A stretch of 64,000 nt of DNA from Camelus ferus (Eukaryota): contig NC_045696.1 of the NCBI RefSeq assembly GCF_009834535.1, positions 58,220,001 through 58,284,000 on the forward strand, read 5' to 3'. This document shows positions 58,116 to 64,000 of the stretch, piece after piece. How positions within the stretch are numbered: position 1 is the stretch's first letter; each line of letters opens with the position of its first letter. The position numbers were made by a program, and so were the translations under genes. The notes under the pieces were generated by a model. That model saw nothing but the letters and a program-made list of their open reading frames with translations, did no database searches and was not told where the DNA came from.

Positions 58116-59769
58116 TTAACACCTAATGGGTGATGTTCAACATGTATGCCAATATCATCATTTTAGACCTTAGCTGGGCTTTTCCTGTCAGCCCCTCATC
58201 TAAAGTGGTATGACAACTCCCTCCCCCCATTATTCCCAACTCCTTCCCAGGCCTCCCTGCCACCCCCCAGAGTCCCCGGGCCTGGCCCTCCCTGCGTGAC
58301 CAGATCCGTGATCAGATCCGGCTCCTGGGCCTGAATTATGAACACATCCTGGGCCCCTTCCCCTCCCCCAGGCCCCAGGCCTTAAAGTACCTAATTTCAG
58401 CAACAGAAGTTTCCATCACATTCTGGTTTTTATGTAAATATGTCCTCCAAGTCCCTCTGGAATCAGTAATTGCTAGACTAATGTCACTCTGTCCGCCTGG
58501 GCCCCAGCACAGTCTCAGGAGGAGGGAGGGGCATGCAGCCCAGGATGGAGGGCGGGACCTGGATTCCGGACTGCGGTGAGGCGGGGAGGAGAGGATGAGA
58601 GAGCCTGAGCAGCCGACTGACATGCACAGGGCAAGTCACCCAGAGACAGGCAGACCGAACACTGATGAGGGAGGAGGCAGGCAGGGCCTTTGTTCAGGTG
58701 AGCATTTCGGCACTAACGTCAGGAACCCCACGGGGGCTGTGCCTAGCCTGTTTGGCCATCGCCTTCAACACCTCCTCTGCCCTTGGCTAGGAAGCCAGTA
58801 GACCCTCGGGGGTGCAGGGGAGGGATAGAAGGAGCAAGGCAGTGAGGAACGGGGCTGGAACGTGGGGCGCAGATGGTCAGGGCTCCATGAGTATGGGCCT
58901 GCTGGCGTCAGCGGAGCAGGGGGTGCCACGGAGAGGAAAGAAGAGTGGTAGATCCCCGCATTTCTGAGAGGGCTGCAGGGGCTCTGAACTCTTCTAGATA
59001 CTTGGGGTGGGGGCTGACTTCCCATCTCCCAGGAAGTCCCCATCCTTGGAAATGATCTCCCCTCCATCCACACGTCAAAGGGCCTTACAGGTACCTTTTT
59101 CCCATCCCACCACAGCTGCTGCCCCAAGGGAAGTCAAGTGGACAAAACAGACCAATTGGATGCTCTTCCAAGCCACTTGGCTGTACACTGCTCACCCCCA
59201 CCCCTCATCGGGTCAAGTCAGTCTTTGTAGAGGAATCTGGGAGCAGAAGCAATCTGAAGACAGAGACCAGTGACAGGAGAGAGCAGAGACCCTCTGGCAG
59301 CCTTCCAGTTCCCAGTTCTAGCCCTTTCCTGAGGTCTGACTACATTCTGCTTCCATGAGCCACCCTCGCCCAGATCCTTGTAATCAGAGTCCCTGTTTTT
59401 GCTCAAGCCCTTTGGCGTTGTGTCAGACCACGAGTCACCTCCACAGTGCTGCCTCCTTGGTGTCCATTCTCACCTTCCTGCTTCCTATGGGAGCCAGTGC
59501 CTCAGTGAGGGTGCGGTGGGGGCAGGTGCCCTGCTCAGGGGCCCATCCCGGCCTTCCAGATCCAGTGCCCAGTGAGATGCACCAGGAAGTCATGTGGGAC
59601 CTGCAGGGAACTGGCCGAGACGGCTCCCTTCCCGCCTGGCCTGCAGATAGGACAGCCTCGCAGCTCTGGGGCACCTCTAGCCACGTGGTAAGGATCATGG
59701 TGCAGAAAGACAGATGGAACCTGGGCTGCTGACAGAATCAGCCCTGGTCTGCCTACCTCTAGGCATCTT

Positions 59770-59955
59770 TCCCATGTTTGACCATCACACATCTGTGCTG
59801 TTCCTTGTCTGTAAAATGCAGAGAATAATAACACCTCCCTCACAGAGTTGCTGGGAAGATTAAATGCATTATTTTGTCTAACAGGCTGAGATCAGTACCT
59901 GCCACAAAGTAGGCGTCGGGTAAGGGTTGGCTATTATTATTATTATTATTATTGA
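59770..59955 (+). mobile_element. MIR SINE ending in (TAT)n
   Basis: gtctgtaaaatgcagagaataataacacctccctcacagagttg. Confidence 0.75.
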
Positions 59956-60399
59956 ATAATCCACTCCTAATCTGTTGAAGCCCTTGTTTTTCAGGTATTG
60001 TTAGCTAAGCACCATTCCTATTCCACACAGTTTGGTTTCTCATTCTTACAACCAAACACGCCTAAGACAAGCAGGAATTTCTATTTCTAATATATTTGTT
60101 TGGACTGACATTAACGTAATCCCCGAATTTCTCCCCCGGCAGTGCATAGCAGAGCCCACCCCATCTTCCTGAGTGCTGTCGAGGGCTGTGGAACCTCCTG
60201 AGCTTGCAAGGCTGCCAGACCTGGGTGCAAATCTTAGTTCTTTAAAATATGGCTAACACGTCCTTGCCTTAGAAAGGAAGCTTGTAATGCTCTGAGAACT
60301 AAGTCTGGCACAGAGTAGGCCCTTTATGAAGTCCATCTATGTACATGTATTCATCTGCACAGAACACTCAACTAGTTACCTAAGTGTCTTCCCAGTTTC

Positions 60400-61870
60400 G
60401 TTCATTCATTTGTTTATATACTACTTCACTGAGCACTTGCTGAATACCTACTATGTGCAGGTTGCTATGTAGATAAAGGAAGTGAGGGAGGTAGAACACC
60501 CCCCAGGACATAAGTATGGTCCCTGCGTTCAAGGAGCTTACAGTTCACTAGAGAGGAGACATTCTCCCAAGGAACAAGCTATCACAAGGCAGAGACAGCC
60601 ACCCAGGACCTGGGGTCTGGATGGTGGGGGTCGCACAGAAAGCCTGTGTTTTGCCCTGTCTCCAAGCTGCTGGTCACTGGCACTGTGGCGGGTGCTCTGG
60701 GAGGGAGGGCCGTGCCAGCTGATTTGCTATTTGGGGAAGCCCTCAGTGACAAGGAAAGCATTTTTCCAAAGCATTGGCCAGAGCTTCTTTTGCCTTCTCT
60801 CCCACTGCTGCCCCAATTCCCTGTGGTCCGTGATATGGAGGTCACTGTAATGGTGCCTGGAGGCGTGTGCATGCGCGTGTGTGTGCATGCGTGCGTGTGT
60901 GTGAGAGAGAACACATGCCCATGCAAGCCCCTCCCATCCCTGAGGACCCCTCGTCTTCTGTGGGACTTCTCCAGGGCTCATTTTCCCAGCTCAGTCAGTG
61001 GGCGGAGGATTAGCCGCAACTGTGGGAGGGGATGAAACTGCTGGCTGAGAGGGAAGGAGAGCGAAGGAAGGGCAGAGGGCCAGGCCCGGGGCTGCTGGAA
61101 GGCCCACAGTCCTAGAGGGACCTTTGCTCCACTCTGGGGTGAAGGAAGAGGGAGACAGGGGTGAAGTGTGTTCTGTGTGTGTGTGTGAGCTGAACCCCCC
61201 CAGAGCCCACACTGGCCTCCCAGCACATTCCCTGCACAGCCATGCCCCACCCGCTTGCCAGAGCCCACCGCCCAGACCTGCCTTTGGCAGGAGAAGCTGC
61301 AAGTCCTCACTGAGGACCATTCTGTTCAGTAGGCGGATGAACAAAGGGGTCTCAGCTCTCCTTCAGGTTTCAGTCTCACAAAAGAGATGGAAGCATGAGA
61401 AGATGAGCAGGAAGCATGTCACAAGGCAGCTGAAGAGAGGTGCCCTTGGAGAGGGAAGGGAGAGGGTGCCAGTGGGATGCAGGTCTAAAAAACCTCATGT
61501 GGAAGGTAGAACTCAAACAAGGCCTTGAGGAAAGAAGAGGAACTTAAAAAGCCATCAGGGTGAAGAGCTTTCCAGACTGATGGAACGGCAATGGCACAGA
61601 CCCAGCCCTGGTCCATCCTCACATAACCCAGTGAGGCTGGAGAAATGGGCAGCAGGAGATGAGTCTTCAAAGGAAGACTGAGGCCAAATCATGGTGAGAC
61701 TTTAGTGTGAACCTGAAGCATCAGGAGGTTTTCTTCTGCTGAAGAGGAGGGCATGTTGATGGTTTGGGGCAGTGGAAGGATGTGGCTGGATCTGTGCTTT
61801 GGGAAGTTAGGTGGCAGCAGGCTGCAGGAGGGATGGGTTAGAGCGGACCACCTGACTGCAGGACAACTCT
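60400..61870 (-). mobile_element. Scattered L2 fragments
   Basis: ttcattcatt...tgctgaatacctactatgtgc; gagctttccagactgatggaacggcaatggcaca. Confidence 0.5.
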
Positions 61871-63569
61871 CAGACTTGGAATTGGGTGCCTCCTCCTCCA
61901 AAAGAACCCAGCCCACACCTGGTGCATGGCTGGATCTTAGCCCCCACTAGCACCTTATGGAGAACACACCAGCCCAATTGCAGGGGGTGGCCTGGATAGA
62001 AGCCGGGAGGGGCTGGGAGACCAGCGAGGAGGGGGGTGGGTCACAGAGCTGAACTAAGGCAGCCATGCAGACTGCAGAGAGGTTGTCTCCAGAGCAGCCA
62101 GGGATCTCTTTTCTCTTGATTGAGAAAAAAAAAGGTGTAATCAGAAAGAAAAAGACAACCAATGACCCTGAAAGATGAGGGCTGGCTTGAATAAACACGG
62201 CTGCTGCCTTTGAGAACGTGCAGGGCACTGTGCTAAACTCTTTCCCTGCAGGACCTCAGTTTGGCAAGAAAGCTGAGGGGTGCCCAGGGATCACCATTCT
62301 CAGTTGACATGAGGAAACAGAGGTTAGTGAGGCCAAGGAGTGTGCACGAGCTTCCAGCACCACCTGATAACAGAGCGGGGATTTGAACCCGGGACTGTCT
62401 GCTGCAGACACCCTGCTCTGGGCCTTTCCACACACCTCCCTCCCTCGAGGAGAACTGGCCCCTAGCCCTTCTGGCACCTGCCGAGCCCTGGCTCCATGCA
62501 CTCTCCAAGCAGCCTTCGGAGTTTCGTTTGGTTTCCTGAGTTGGCTTCCCAACCAGAGAGAGCGCTTTCTGGCTATAAAGTATTAAGCTGACTTCCTGCT
62601 GCATATCAGTCTCCTGTAAGTGGCTCTCCTGAGTGGCTCTGGAGAAAGAAATTCCAGAGGTTGGACGGTCAGGGCAGAGTCCAGAGCCCTACACCCAGGG
62701 CACTGACAGTTACCTGACAGGCTTGGGGCCCAGCCTTGGCTGGACAGCCAGGGGCCAGGGTGGGTGGGAGACAGTGAGATGCTCCTTTCTGTCTCCACCT
62801 CAGCTCAGCCCTTGAGCCCTTGGGGATCCTGGGGGAAGGGGGCTCCGCTGGTCCTCCTTCCCCAACCCCTCCCTCCCTGCCTTTATTCGAAGTCTCCACT
62901 TGGCTGCCTGCCTGGGAAAGGAGGAGAAAAAGAGAAGGAAAAGAAAAGAAGAGGAAATGGGGGAACCAAGAGCAGGAAAGAATGCAATGAGCCTGCTGTC
63001 TGTTGGGAGGGGAAGGTGGTGGGGCGCACCCGTCACTCCCCCACCCCCACCCAGGGCCAGGAATGCCATCTTCCCACCCACCCATCACTCACCACTTGGG
63101 GGGCAAAGCTTAGCCAAGCTCAGCACAAAGATAAAATTGAGATGCAGATTCCTTCCCATTGCTCTGAATAGAGCAGATTGGATACGGATTTCCCTCTTTT
63201 CTTCCTATTTAGACCATCTGGGAGACTGGGGCCCCGAGAGAAGATTGGGACCAGGTGGGGGAGGGGGCAGAGGCTCGGAAAGACTGCCCCTCACTTTTCA
63301 TCTCCAGAACCTGAGGGTAAGGGTATGAGATGCCACCGCCACCCCTACCCCCTTTCCCAGGAGCAAGTTCATTCCCTGCCTCTGCACACTGTTCTCTGGG
63401 CTGGGCCAGGCTGGGTTGGAGTCACCTCTCCTCTGTGTATTTTTTGCAAACTCCAAGTCATGATTTGTCCCATCAGGGTTTGGCGTCTTTCCTACAGTCA
63501 CATCTACATCCCCCTAACTGCAAGTAAATTCATAGGGAAGATGGAAGGAAAATGTGAGCACAGAAAGTT

Positions 63570-63905
63570 TAATAGGAAGGGCTCTTAAAGATCATTTGGT
63601 TCAACCCTGTGTTTTACAGATGAGGAAAGTGAAGCTTGGGGAAGAGTATCTAGCTCAAGATTGGGCAGGGAGCTGGTGGGAAAACAACAAAGACCATGTT
63701 AGTACGTGTCAGGCAGTGTTCTATGCTCTTTATATTATGCCATTTAATCCACACAATAACCCTATGAGGCAGGTACTATTATCATACCCATTTCATGGAT
63801 AGGGAAACTGAGGCACAGGCAAGCTAAGTAACTTGCATAAGGTCAAACTGGTAGAAGCCAGATCCAAACCCAGGCAGTGGGGTTCCAGAGCCTGCCCCTT
63901 GCACA
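63570..63905 (-). mobile_element. MIR SINEs
   Basis: ttttacagatgaggaaagtgaag; cccatttcatggatagggaaactgaggcaca. Confidence 0.8.
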
Positions 63906-64000
63906 ATCTCAGTGCACCACGTGGGAAAATGGAGTTATTTGACAGAGCCTTGCGAGTGGAGCCGAGGCCTGGCAGGCTTCGTGCTAGAGCTCAGGCTGCT

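Noticed and set aside
1..64000. A novel multi-gene biological system
   Set aside because: All convincing coding signal belongs to one known gene (SEMA5B); the remainder is ordinary mammalian intron, flank and transposon fossils.

Overview
Mammalian genomic DNA, most likely a camelid (alpaca or camel). This is inferred from five copies of a tRNA-derived SINE resembling Vic-1 and from L1 3' ends of an apparently matching type. The window holds the complete coding region of SEMA5B (semaphorin 5B) on the minus strand. I traced 21 coding exons by hand, from ATG at 53224 (CCCACCATGG Kozak) to TGA at 14332. All introns are GT-AG, the phases are consistent, and the total is 3282 nt (1093 aa): signal peptide, Sema, PSI, thrombospondin-1 repeats, TM and cytoplasmic tail. 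A ~0.9 kb 3' UTR ends near an ATTAAA at 13424-13429. The ATG exon has its own splice acceptor, so the main 5' exon(s) and promoter lie further right and probably outside the window. The rest is intron or 3' flank filled with L1, L2, MIR, SINE, LTR and DNA-transposon fossils plus simple repeats. I found no convincing novel biological system. The best leads are: a 484-codon antisense ORF across the TSP1 exons; a possible TM-less isoform by donor read-through; an intact solo LTR with octamer/SOX/CCAAT motifs; a MER53 (miR-1302-type) hairpin; a Tc2/pogo transposase fossil; an orphan poly(A)-tailed insertion; and a candidate internal first exon. Repeat family names and human/mouse comparisons come from recalled sequences, not from a search.
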